Below, piece after piece: positions 36,973 to 48,419 of a DNA stretch of 64,000 nt (within the stretch, counting starts at the first letter, position 1; each line of letters starts with the position of its first letter). Position numbers and translations under genes: made by a program. The stretch lies in contig OZ025648.1 of the NCBI GenBank assembly GCA_964019335.1, positions 930,001 through 994,000 of the forward strand, read 5' to 3'. The stretch is from Diplonema japonicum (taxonomy: Eukaryota > Protista > Euglenozoa: Diplonemea). A model generated the notes under the pieces. That model saw only the letters and a list, made by a program, of their open reading frames with translations. It was not told the DNA's origin and did no database searches.

Positions 36973-37217
36973 AGAAGGCTGAAAGTGGTTTTTTTTTTTT
37001 TTTTTTTTTTTTATTCTCCCCATTTTCAGTTACAGAAAGAAGAATGAGGAGGGAGGAAAGAAGAAATAAGAGAAAAAAAAAAGTGTGCAGAATAAGGGTG
37101 TGTTTTTTTTTTTATTTTCTTTCTTCTCCCTTTTTTTTTTTTTTTTTTTTTTTTCCTACCAAATTTACAATCGATTTATGGTTTTTTATTCTTCTTCTTC
37201 TTTTTTTTCTTTACTTC

Positions 37218-38851
37218 CATAGTGTCCAGGGTTAACCGATCACCTTCGGGTTTTGAAACCCGACCCGAGCAATTTTAGATTTTCGATCACAGTCGGGTTA
37301 ATGATCGGTTTTTTTCTGGCAAAAAATACCAAGACCATGCTCAAATTTTTTTTTTTCAAAAACCCTATTTTGACGATCTGAGCCCATTCCAGCCATTAAA
37401 ACCCAAAATAGAGCCTTATTTAAGGCCTTAAATGCAGTATTGAAAAAACTGGTTTTCAGACCTGTAATTCTCCTGGGTGCAGGCCGGCTTCGCAACAGTA
37501 CGCGACAGCCTACCTCTGCAAGACGTGTCTGAGGGGGAATGGCTGTCCTACTCGGCCATAGCCCAAATGGACCACAGCCTTGAGACGAGTACCTCATTCG
37601 ATATCGAAGCGCGGTGGCTGGCACAGAAAGCTGCTCTCCCTGTTTTGCATGCCAGGGCCTTGTCGCTGCTGTACGCGCAGCCTGTGGTAACAGCCGTGGA
37701 CGCGGTGTTCTCCTCGATCGACGCCAAGTTCGGAGAGATGCGTCGCGTCCGCCTCACACCAGACGTACGAAGGCAGCTGTTGTTCTTGTACCTGAACCAG
37801 GACTCAGTGGTGCTCTGTCTTCGTCTGACAGGCACCACGTTCTCAGGCACGCCGGGTTGCAAGCAGGGAGGTGAGAAATTGTGCGTTCATCGCTGTGTGC
37901 GTGCATTCAGTTCTCTGTGGGTGAACACCCTGCCTCAACGGGCACGCTTCCGTGTGTCCCATGGAGCTTTTCAAGGCGCCCCCTTACTTTGTGCGTTGCT
38001 ACTTCCCGTTCAAGTTTCAATGTTTTTCATTATTGACTTTCGTGCCCAGTTAAAAACTCGCCAAAAACAGGGAGAATGCCGATTTTCGGGAAAATAATCC
38101 TTTTCTAAGTTGTTTCGATGCAGGCGTTGTGTACCTGGGAGGTCCGGGAGACGAATAGAAGGGTTATAAGTATGGTTGCATGCTCTCCTCCCGTTCTAAT
38201 TATTGATTTTTGATTTCGCTCCTATTTAAACAGAAAAAAGAAGAAAACCCGCCAAAAAAAGCGAAAAAACAGCTTTTCGGGAAAATAATCCTTTTCTAAG
38301 TCGTTTTGATGCTCCCTGGGGTCGGCTTTGTGTATCTGGGGGGCCCGGGGGACGAATAAAAGCGTTATTATATGCATGGTTGCGTGCTCTCCTCCCGTTT
38401 TAATTATTGACTTTTGATTTCGCTCCCAATTAGGATCCTGCCTGAAACAGGGAAGCACCAGCTTTTCGGGAAAATAATCCTTTTCTATGTCATTTTGATG
38501 CTCCCTGGGGTCGGCTTTGTGTATCTGGGGGGCCCGGGGGATGAAACGAAGGGTTTTAAGCATGATTGCATGCTCTCCTCCTGTTTTAATTTTTGATTTT
38601 CGATTTTTTTTTGTTTTTTCGCTTTTAATTAAAAACCCGTCAAAAAAAGCGAAAAAACAGCTTTTCGAGAAAATAATCCTTTTCTAAGTCGTTTTGATGC
38701 TCCCTGGGGCCGGCTTTGTGTATCTGGGGGGCCCGGGATACGAATATAAGGGTTTTAAGCATGGTTGCATGCTCGCCTTTCATTTGACGTCAATTTAAAA
38801 CCCGATTGTAATTAAAAACCCGCGGGTGATCGGTTAACCCTGGATACTATG
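37218..38851. mobile_element. Non-autonomous TIR DNA transposon with 6-bp target-site duplication TACTTC
   Basis: Left end catagtgtccagggttaaccgatcaccttcgggtttt versus reverse complement of right end catagtatccagggttaaccgatcacccgcgggtttt (about 37 bp, 3 mismatches); TACTTC at 37212-37217 and 38852-38857. Confidence 0.9.
38083..38775. repeat. Four tandem ~190-200-bp units inside the TIR element
   Basis: The block ttttcgggaaaataatccttttcta...ggcccggg...gcatgctctcctcc recurs, starting near 38083, 38275, 38463 and 38662. Confidence 0.9.
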
Positions 38852-38971
38852 TACTTCTCTTTTTTTTTCTTCTTCTTCTTTTTTCAAGACAAAACGGAAG
38901 AGGAAAAAAAAAAAAAGAGATATTTAAGGGGGTACCTGCGGGACGCCTGAAAAATCTTAAACTACTTCGGG

Positions 38972-39008
<37 letters not shown>

Positions 39009-39076
39009 AGGAAGAAAAAGGACCCCTCCCTTGGGGGGAGAGAAAGAGGGGGAGAGAAAAAAAAATTTAAAAAAAA

Positions 39077-39761
39077 ATGGATTTTTTTATATTGTCGGTT
39101 GTGCTGATGATCAACTGGGTGAACGCTACATATCTATTACAGTACTTGGTGCCGAAGTGGGCGGGGGAAGGGGACGGGGAGTGCTGGTGGACATTGGTGC
39201 CCTACGCAGGGTGCATGGCGATGGCTTGCTGGTCGTACTACATGACCGTTGTGACTCACCCAGGAAGGGTGCCTGTCGCATGGAGAGAAACTTCGAACCC
39301 TCTACAGTTTGATGAGACAACACCTTTGAACGGTGGATCGCACTCTCAGAGGAGGTTTTGCCCAAATTGCTGCCACTGGAAGCCTCCCAGAGCTCATCAT
39401 TGCTCTACATGTAAAAAGTGTGTTTTAAAGTATGACCACCATTGTCCATGGGTCGGAAATTGCATTGGGTACTACAACCACAAGTACTTCATCCTCCTCA
39501 TTACGTACCTCCCGGTGTCAAGTTGGATTATTGTAACAACCACCTACCCCTTGGCGGAGAATTGCATCCCTGTGGCCCTCGGCCATTCTTCCTCTTCGTG
39601 TGAGCTTTCGGCTGGGTCATTCGCCCTGTTGAACTTCACGGCCGTGTTCTTCCTGTGCTGTCTCAGTTCGATTACGCTGACTGCGTTCTCTCTGCAGCAT
39701 TATTGGCTGATGCTGCACAACAAGACGACTGTGGAGACGATACAGAAGTTGGAGGAGGTAT

Positions 39762-39804
<43 letters not shown>

Positions 39805-40044
39805 CCCCACACATTCTTCCTTGACAGGACAACCAATACAACCTTGGGTGGCGGAGTAACTGCGAAGTGGTTTGTGGATCGGATTGGTATGGAAAAAAAA
39901 AAAAAAAAAAAAAAAAAAAAACGCAGGTGGGCCTGGCCCTTCCCTGTTCCAGTGAACTCCATTACTGAAGACGGGGGGACGCGGTATAGTGTCAGAAGGA
40001 CGCCACCCACTCAAGCTTCTTGTTTTCTTGGCATGGCTGTATGA
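39077..40044 (+). CDS. DHHC palmitoyltransferase (exons 39077-39757, 39828-39886, 39927-40044)
   Basis: CPNCCHWKPPRAHHCSTCKKCVLKYDHHCPWVGNCIG, TTVE motif; the spliced tail DNQYNLGWRSN..V.G..W|W.WP restores the conserved PaCCT-like region. Confidence 0.95.
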
Positions 40045-40718
40045 AAGCGAGTAAACGAAATCATTCGCCTCTTCCTCAATTCGACCGAACGCTTTTTTTT
40101 TTCCCCCCCTCTTCTCAACTAATTCCCCTTCGTGCAGTTCTCCAAAAATAAGAAATTAGGTGGTATCCTTTAAAAAAAACGGGAGTTGATTTATCTTTTG
40201 GAGCCTGCACCGTGTTCTCTATTTCGTTCTTGTGGATCAAGGAAGGTTGCCGTTAGGGAGCAAGAGGGGGGGAGGAAGGAAGCGGGGGTGGAAAAAAAAA
40301 AAGAAATGCAAACTTTTCTTTTTTATAATCCGAAAAAAAAAAAAGAAGAACGAAGAAAGAAAGAAGGAAAAAAAAAAAAAAACACACACACACACAACCA
40401 AAGAGAGAAAAAAAAAAGAGGGGAAAAACAAAAGCAAAACAAAAAAGAGAGAGGGTCACGGGAAGTGTGCGGTTCCTCCTACACCTCCCCCCCCCTGCTT
40501 CTTTTTTTTTTAAATTTTTGTATATCTTTTTTATTTCTTTTGCTCGCTTTTTCACCAAATTTTTATCTACGAGATTTCGTAAAATTTCAAAAAAAAAGAA
40601 AACGGGGGGGGGGGAGGAGTAAGTGTACGGCGAAAGTTATTTTCTCCCCCCCCCCCCACGTTCCATCCATTCCCTTCAGTACAGGAACAGGGGGTCATAA
40701 AAAAACCCCCATCTCTGC

Positions 40719-42299
40719 ATGTCGGAAACCGATGACCTGCTTCAAGATATTCTAGAAGGCCTCTCTGAGCGAAGCACCGCCGCGACACATACAAGCGTAC
40801 CGTATAACCATCAACACCAACACCTACAACAGCATCACTCTCAACATGTGTTGCACCCTGGCGGTCCTGGACGGGCGAGAGTCCCTGCCACAACAAAACA
40901 CCCCGACAACCCATCAATTGCGCAACACGTACCGGGCGGCGTCGTCCGTGACAGGGTCATCAAAACCCCTCAAAGCCCGCCCTCTATGAACGATATAACA
41001 CGACCCGCTGCAGTTTCAACATTTGTCCCGTTTAACACAGACTTCACAGAACACCAAGCAGTTAGTTATGTCCCAACGGGAAGAGGCCGTGGTAGGCAAG
41101 CTCTTCATTACCAACCGTACAACCTACCAGATGCTTCGAACCCTTCACGGCCGCACTTAGGGTACACCGTTGCTCAGAAGTACGCGCACAACGAGAACCC
41201 CGACGAGACGCTGATGCGGAAGAAACCCTCGCAAGACGGTACCCGAGACAGATCGCCTATGAAAGGAGTCCCTACCACCCGACCCACTCTACGAGAAGAA
41301 TGGCACCGGCAACCCGGTCCACGAGATATCGAACCTTCTCTACACCGGACGGGATACGTGGCAACAAAACCGTCATTCGGGCTGAACCCTGTAGTCCCTG
41401 ACGATCTTAAAGCAACTGCGTACCGTGTCGCGAAGATGAAACAAACAGGTGAATGGGATGTGGCAAGACGGCCCATGGGGCACAGGGGGACACAGGAAGA
41501 CATCATCGCAAGGAACCAGCAGGCAATGACCGATCTTGTGGACAGCATGCGCATCAGCATGGACCAGGACAGAAGGCTCATCATCGATGCACCTTTCTTC
41601 GACCAGAACGAGTCCCTTGAAGAGGAGTACGAGGAGGAACAACTTGACGAGGAATACGACGACTACGACGACTACGACGACCCTCCGCAGGATGACGTTG
41701 ACTACCACAACGAGATGATGCTGTTTCGTAGAAGGATGGCGGCGTACCGACGGGAGAAGCCGAAGGAGTACCCTCAGTACCTGCAACAGGTGCTGGATGC
41801 TGACCTTCCACGAGAGCATCATGAACATTTTCGGCGCGAGATGGCTGAGATCACCGCCAACGGCGGTTTCGTCCCCGAATACAAAAAAAAACGAACACAC
41901 GGCAAAGCCGACAAACACTCCAAAAAAGACAAGAAAGACAAGAAAAACAAGAAGGAAAAGAAAAAAGAGAAGAAACACAAAAGGACCGACTCTTCCGACA
42001 GGGGCAGCACCATTCTGTCCAATATCCGAAAAAGCCTCGGAAGCAACGGTTTCGGGATGGGTGGCCCAACGGACGACGACGGCAAGGAAACCTGCCCGCA
42101 CCCAGAATGCAAGGAACAATTCGACACTGAGAGAGAAGTAGAGAAACATGTGAAGAACGTACACCCCGGCTTCCATTTTGTTAAGAAGCAAGTAGAAGAA
42201 ATAGTGGACGGGGTGAAGGAAGACGCCAAGGAGGAGGCGGAGAAAGAACTGAAAGAAAAAAGCCAAGCCGGACTGGGAAAATTGAAGGGGTTGTTCTGA
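40719..42299 (+). CDS. Low-complexity protein with a single C-terminal C2H2 zinc finger
   Basis: 526-aa ORF with CPHPECKEQFDTEREVEKHVKNVH plus acidic and Lys-rich tracts. Confidence 0.75.
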   Translation: MSETDDLLQDILEGLSERSTAATHTSVPYNHQHQHLQQHHSQHVLHPGGPGRARVPATTKHPDNPSIAQHVPGGVVRDRVIKTPQSPPSMNDITRPAAVSTFVPFNTDFTEHQAVSYVPTGRGRGRQALHYQPYNLPDASNPSRPHLGYTVAQKYAHNENPDETLMRKKPSQDGTRDRSPMKGVPTTRPTLREEWHRQPGPRDIEPSLHRTGYVATKPSFGLNPVVPDDLKATAYRVAKMKQTGEWDVARRPMGHRGTQEDIIARNQQAMTDLVDSMRISMDQDRRLIIDAPFFDQNESLEEEYEEEQLDEEYDDYDDYDDPPQDDVDYHNEMMLFRRRMAAYRREKPKEYPQYLQQVLDADLPREHHEHFRREMAEITANGGFVPEYKKKRTHGKADKHSKKDKKDKKNKKEKKKEKKHKRTDSSDRGSTILSNIRKSLGSNGFGMGGPTDDDGKETCPHPECKEQFDTEREVEKHVKNVHPGFHFVKKQVEEIVDGVKEDAKEEAEKELKEKSQAGLGKLKGLF

Positions 42300-42419
42300 A
42301 GACAGAACCCCCCCCCCCCCCCCCCCCCCTCCCTATTATAGATTCTCTTGCCCCATTTTTTAAATTCTTTTCATACCAAAAAAAAATTTTTTTTTCCAGA
42401 AAAAAAAAGGAAAACATTC

Positions 42420-43091
42420 ATGGAAGAAGATAGCGCGACGATAACACTCGCCGATGGCGTGCAGATAGAATATCTTATGTCGGAGATACGGGAGGCGGTA
42501 GATGCAGCGTGGGAGGACGACGAGGAACTGATTGTGTATGAAGATGCAGAGGCAGCAAAGAGGAAGCTAGCGGCTTTGAACGTTCAAGTAACGCTGGATC
42601 AACTGAATAGATCTGCAAAAAGCGGGGACCTGGAGACAGTGAGATTGCTACTGGCCGCAGGGGTGAGGGATAAACCGAACAAGAAGGCGTTCTGGAGGAG
42701 CAGCTTAACGTATTCCGCGCAATTTGGTAAGCTCGACGTACTGAGAGAGCTCATGGCTAGCGGTTCAGATTACTACGCGGGGTCTGCACGCGGCCATTCT
42801 CCTTTAATGTTTAGTTGCATGCGCGGGGAGATGCCTATTATCATCTATCTTGTCTCCATAGGGATTGACTACAACGCGTCAGACAGCGACGGCTTCACAC
42901 CATTCCTCCTATCCGTGCAACATGGCCACCTTGAGCCAGCTGCCTTCTTCGTCGGGCTAGGAACCGACATCAAGCACCAAGCCAAGGACGGTACAACCGC
43001 CTTGCGAATAGTAAACCAAGATTGCAGGTCCCCGGCGCTGAAACGATATATTAAACAGCTTTTCAAAGAGCAGCGAACGAAGAAGAAATGA
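42420..43091 (+). CDS. Ankyrin-repeat protein
   Basis: AKSGDLETVRLLLAAG, GHSPLMFSCMRG, DGFTPFLLSVQHGH, DGTTAL repeats. Confidence 0.9.
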   Translation: MEEDSATITLADGVQIEYLMSEIREAVDAAWEDDEELIVYEDAEAAKRKLAALNVQVTLDQLNRSAKSGDLETVRLLLAAGVRDKPNKKAFWRSSLTYSAQFGKLDVLRELMASGSDYYAGSARGHSPLMFSCMRGEMPIIIYLVSIGIDYNASDSDGFTPFLLSVQHGHLEPAAFFVGLGTDIKHQAKDGTTALRIVNQDCRSPALKRYIKQLFKEQRTKKK

Positions 43092-43371
43092 AAGGGGGGG
43101 GGAGTTTTTTTTTTCTAAAGGGAGGGGGGGAGCACTCACTCCCCCCCCCTCTTTGATCAGGCAAAAGACAGAAAGAAAAAAAAATAAAAAAGTAATTTTT
43201 CTTTAAAAAAAAATAACCCCCACTAAAAAAAAACCCCTTTTATTTAGTTCCCATTTTTTTTTTTCTAAAATGTTGTTTTTTTATATTCGCTTACAGGTGT
43301 TGGGGACAGGGGGGGAGTTTATTTTTTTTTTCCAAAAAAAAAAAAAAAAAGAAGAAGAAAACCCAGCATAA

Positions 43372-44106
43372 ATGCCATGCACTACAGAGGAGTTGCAGGT
43401 TGAGAACAAGCTTTTGTTAAAGCTCACCAAGGCCTCCGAAGAGGAGCTTCGCGTGCTGAAGAGAGAGGTCGAGCGGTGGAAAGGCGAGGCGGCAAGGGCT
43501 GCGAAACGGGCACAGAGGGCGTCATGTGGCGTGCAAACAGAGGCGATAGTGGACAAGGCAGAATCACGAAACAAGGAGATGGCAGAAGAACTGCACCTTC
43601 TGAGAAAACAGAGCGAAGAGGATTTGAAAGAGCTGAGAAGATTGGGGACCGAGCTGAACGAAGCGGCAAGGGAACGGGACAGCTTCAAAGTTAAATATGA
43701 AGACTTGTTCAAAGAATACGCCGGTGCGCAAAAAAATGTCGAGACCGAACGTATGATGGTGCAAAACCTTTCGGAAAAGCTGCAAAAGACCACCAGCGCC
43801 CTTACCATCGCTGCAAACTACACCAACGAGCTAGAAACCCAAGATTGGCGAAAGTTTTACGAAACCAGGGTACACCTCTCCGCGCTCCGTCTCTCTGCCT
43901 CCCGTGCAGCCACTTCTGGCGTGGTGGCCGTGTTGCTGTCCTCTTTGATATTTTTTGAAAGAAACAACGAAAAAGACGATGAATCTCTTGCAGCAGAACC
44001 CCTTGCAACAACCAAACAAAAACACCTGCATCTGGGGAACACCCCGCCTTTCCAGACGATCAAACAGCTGCGAAATAGGTGTTCGTCTTTACACAATACG
44101 ATTTAA
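43372..44106 (+). CDS. Coiled-coil protein of unknown function
   Basis: 244-aa E/K/R/L-rich ORF. Confidence 0.7.
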   Translation: MPCTTEELQVENKLLLKLTKASEEELRVLKREVERWKGEAARAAKRAQRASCGVQTEAIVDKAESRNKEMAEELHLLRKQSEEDLKELRRLGTELNEAARERDSFKVKYEDLFKEYAGAQKNVETERMMVQNLSEKLQKTTSALTIAANYTNELETQDWRKFYETRVHLSALRLSASRAATSGVVAVLLSSLIFFERNNEKDDESLAAEPLATTKQKHLHLGNTPPFQTIKQLRNRCSSLHNTI

Positions 44107-44337
44107 AAAAAAGTTTTTTTTTTTTTATTTATTTATTATTTTTTTTTTTTTAACAGCTGGACTCCCAATTTTTTTTTTAAAAAAGAAAAACCACATTTTT
44201 GACACAGGTTGTTGCATACACCACTACCCCCCTTCCCCTCACTTCCCCCTTTTCCCCCCTCCCTTCCCCCCCCGTTTTTTTTCTTTTCTTTCTTCTTAGT
44301 CCCTCGGATAAAAAAAAAAAAAAAAAAAAAAAAAAAA

Positions 44338-44817
44338 CTGTCGGTCGAAAAGAGCACGAAACCCATCACCTACAGCAAGATCAGTCAACAGGCGAGCATC
44401 GAAAAGTTGGCCGATACATTTCTGACGGACGTTAACGCAGCCGAGAAATATCTGAAGAAAGTTAAGAATATGCAGACTATGTACTACACAGGGGGGTACG
44501 GGCACCAGGAGGAGGCCATGTGGGAGCCCATGTACCACCACCACGTTATGAACCCGTACCCTCTTGAGGGTTTTAATGTTGTGGAGCAGCCGACGTCGTC
44601 CCTGCCCTCACCTGTGGAAGAGGAGGTTGTTGAGCAAGAGCCAGAGGTTCTCTCGAAGTCGGCAAAGAAGAAGAAGAAGCGGAAGAAGAAGGGTGTCATC
44701 AAAGTGGACCACCGTTTCGACCCAAACTACTGGCTCAATGCGCCGCCTGCATCCGAATGCGCAATTATCCCTGTGGATGAGGACCCTTTGCCCATTGAGC
44801 TGATTGCATGCATGTGA
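44338..44817 (+). CDS. Small protein of unknown function; start uncertain (CTG at 44338 or ATG at 44470)
   Basis: Coding-like open frame begins right after a long A-run; contains a Lys-rich NLS-like tract. Confidence 0.6.
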   Translation: MSVEKSTKPITYSKISQQASIEKLADTFLTDVNAAEKYLKKVKNMQTMYYTGGYGHQEEAMWEPMYHHHVMNPYPLEGFNVVEQPTSSLPSPVEEEVVEQEPEVLSKSAKKKKKRKKKGVIKVDHRFDPNYWLNAPPASECAIIPVDEDPLPIELIACM

Positions 44818-46032
44818 GAACCTTCAACAATTAAAACTTAAAAAAAAAAAAAAGAAAGACGTTGTTCAGGGGTTTTTTTTTTCATTTCTCCCTCTCATTT
44901 CCACTTCTAACCCATCCTTCTTCCTCTCTTCTCATGCCCCCTTTTATTTTTTTTTTGTCTCCCGCTCTCATCTAGTATTTTTCGCTTCTTTGGCTGGAGG
45001 AAAAAAAATGGAAAAAAAAAAGGGGGATGGGGAGGGGGATAATAAAATGCTGTGTTTTTTTTTTAAGGGCGGCCCTCCATGAGGGGGTTTGTCCTGCACT
45101 TTGAGTTTTTTTTTTTTTTTTTTTTTTTTTGAAAAAGAATGTCATAAAAAACAAAAAAGGAAAGCCTCATTACCGAGATGCCCTACAAGAATGGCTATCA
45201 TTCATTTTTTTCTTCTTCTTTCTTCAAAGGGTGTTATGTGATGGGCACAGGGTATCTTAAAGCAGTTTCAAAGAAAGGGAACAGAAAAGTTAAGCTTTGT
45301 TTATTTCCGCATTCCCCCTTTTTTCAAACTTTTTTTATTTTATTTATTTCCCCGAAAAATGGGACAGGGTGAATGAAGCTTTTCTTTTCTCCTTTTTTTT
45401 AAAAAAAATTATTCTTTTAAGGCGAAAAAAAATACCTTCCCTCCTCGAAAAGGGGAAAAAGAAAAGGGGAAAAAAAAAAGATTACTTTTCTCTCTTTTAC
45501 CTCCTTTGGAGTGAATGTGAACTTGCAAATTCTTGGTAATTAACGCTCTTCCAAAAAAAAAAAAAAAAAAGTAACACGTAAAAAAAGCTTTTTTTTTATA
45601 TCCCCCTGGCAAATTTCCTACTTAGAGCAAAATTTTACTACTGAACTATATTACCTCGAATTCGGCTTGTAGACCGTTCCATCCCTTTGATTTCTTTTTT
45701 TTTCGAAAACTAATAAAAAAAAGAAATGCTTCTAGGAAGAAGGAAAAAAGAAAGAAAAAAAAAGAAAAAAAAAGAGGTTCCTCGAATTTGTATCGACACT
45801 TTTTTTTTAAAAAAAAAAAAGAAGGAAAAAAAAAAAAAAAACCAGCTTAATTATTCTCCCCTCCTCCTCTCCCCCCTCCCTTTTTTTTTTCTCCAGTCAT
45901 ATTTCCTTCAAAAAAAAAAATCGATAACAAAAAAATATCCTTTTTTTTTTAAATTCTTGTAGCATGTAATAAATCGATTAAGGGGGGAGGGAGAACCGGG
46001 GGAAGAAGAAAAAAAAAAAAGAGAGAAAACAA

Positions 46033-46617
46033 ATGGGGACCTGTCCATTCAGCACCAGCACACCTTATGGGGAGCGAGGTGGCCAGCCAGTGGATGAGTT
46101 GATTGTTTACCCACATGTAGGGAGGAAACGAGCCCGAAGAAGAAGTATAAAGGTAGAGGTCTGCAAATCGGTGGGAACAGATTTGGGAGTACTCGGCGAA
46201 ACGGTGTATGTCACAAGGCATATATCAAGAGATCTACACATTTATGGGTGCGTGGTGCTTCTGGAGCCTACTCACGAAGATTTGGTGTCCTTGCAGCACA
46301 GGTACCCGTATTTGAAAGTACAGGTGGCCACCTGTGGTGATCTCCTCCTCACGCTCAAGGGACTTTGCAAGAAGTCTTCTATCAGATTCGCAGTCTTTGG
46401 GGACCCCCTGCCTTCACGGCACGTTACAGCTTTGCTTTCACACCTAACCCCTGCTTCCCCTACAGTGCAAGACCTTTCTGCAGACGTTCTGTGCCTGTCC
46501 CTCCCGTATCTCCTTGAACTCTCGTCCCCCCCACGAGGGTTGGTCACTCTTCCTGTAACCGATTCTCTGCCGTCCTTACTCTCCGTCAGCCCTACACCGG
46601 TCCATGTTGTTGGTTGA
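46033..46617 (+). CDS. Protein of unknown function (3' end possibly spliced via 46613-46686)
   Basis: 194-aa ORF after an A-rich leader; no recognised motif. Confidence 0.55.
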   Translation: MGTCPFSTSTPYGERGGQPVDELIVYPHVGRKRARRRSIKVEVCKSVGTDLGVLGETVYVTRHISRDLHIYGCVVLLEPTHEDLVSLQHRYPYLKVQVATCGDLLLTLKGLCKKSSIRFAVFGDPLPSRHVTALLSHLTPASPTVQDLSADVLCLSLPYLLELSSPPRGLVTLPVTDSLPSLLSVSPTPVHVVG

Positions 46618-46623
46618 CATTTT

Positions 46624-46655
<32 letters not shown>

Positions 46656-46969
46656 TAACATCCACCCCCATCAAAAAAAAAAGTAGGTTTCTTTTGCAAA
46701 GCACACAATTTCAGAGTGAGGATTCCCTTGTATCTAACCTCTTTTTGCTTTTTTCTTTTTTTTTTTTTTTATTCCTCCGTTTCTGAATTTTTGGATGTTG
46801 CGCTCTTAACGGGCATTGCTTTGGCTTACTTGATGGGCGAAAAAAAAAGAAAGAAAAAGAGAAAAAAAAAAAAAAGAAAGGAAAGAAAAAGGGGGAGTGC
46901 TTCACTTATTACCCCCCAAAAAAAATTTAAACATTCACTAATACCCAAAAAAATGGATTAATTGTTATT

Positions 46970-47024
<55 letters not shown>

Positions 47025-47327
47025 AATCCTGTCACAATGACATTTTTTTTTAAAGTGAATTTTGTACTTTTTTTGCGTATTAAGTGAATTGCCCCCCAAA
47101 AAAAAAACAAATTAGGATTTCCGTTGTGTCCAGGCTTTTTGCAACGGGACTGCAATTTCACCTCCGACTACCATCCTTCAAGAGGCTGTTGTCAATGTGG
47201 GATTGTTTTACTTTGAGCTCCCCCTCCCCTCTAACCTACCGGGACGCTAGTAGGAGCTATTGAAGAGTCACGAGCTGCTAGCTGTCGAAGACTGAGAGGG
47301 TAAAAAAAAAAAAAAAGACTTTCGCAG

Positions 47328-47368
<41 letters not shown>

Positions 47369-47379
47369 AGTCATAAAGA

Positions 47380-47463
<84 letters not shown>
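47380..47463. repeat. (ATT)28 microsatellite
   Basis: Directly visible; a shorter (ATT)7 lies at 7777-7797 just upstream of the tRNA. Confidence 0.95.
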
Positions 47464-48419
47464 TTTGCAAACTAGGGCGGCTGGACTTTCAGGCTAACAC
47501 AATAAAAAGAAGAAGGAAAAAGAAAACCTTTTTGTTGTTGTTGCAAAGACTTTGCTTCTGCAGAGATTCCCCTCCTCTACACCTTTTTTCTTCCCCCTTC
47601 CCCCCCCCCCCCCCCCTTCTTTGCAAGCTTCTTTGGGGGGGCTTCGAATTTTTTCTTTTTAACCCAAGGGACCGGTGCCCCATTGTGCATTTCTTTTGCA
47701 CATCTTATGGCTTTTGTTTTACACCATGGGCGAAGCGCTTCTGAAGATGGACCAACGCCAAATCTCTGGATAAGGGGTGCTACCTCTTGGATGCTGCCCT
47801 ATAACTGAAGTCTGGGTTCCAGAATTTCGTCCTTATGGGGTAATTGAAATGAATAAAAGAAAGAAAGAAAGAAGGAAAGAAAGTATATATGATGCTTTTT
47901 TTTTTTTATCTTATATCAATAGTTGAGCACTCTTGCAAAAAGATGCAGGCGGTTTGGTATTTCCCTAGCTGCGAGCGTGCCGTAGCTTACTCTTCTTTTT
48001 GCCCAATTCTATGGGCCTAGCGCATAATGGGATGTATAGGTATTTTATTTTTATCCAGGGGGGTTATTTCTTAAAGGGATCTCACCCGCTTGCAAAATTT
48101 TCAAAAAAAAAAAAGACCTCAAACGAAAAAAAAAGAGAATTCCAAAATAAGAATAAGGGGGGAAATACTGAAGAAAGGGTACCTGGAAAAAAAGAAAAAA
48201 AAAAAGGAAAAAAAAAATCCCCCTTGAATAGAACCGGGGGGGTTTTTTTTTCTTTTGACACGCCCCCCGGTAAGGTGGGGATAGACCGGCGATCGCCGGC
48301 TAAGCAATCTTTTTGAAAACGTCGCCTGTCTACGTAGATCGGCGAATTTCTAGTACCTGCGGTAGGCCATAAGGGGGCAGGGGTTGCCCCTTAGTGAGGA
48401 ATTTTTCTCTTTTTATTAA

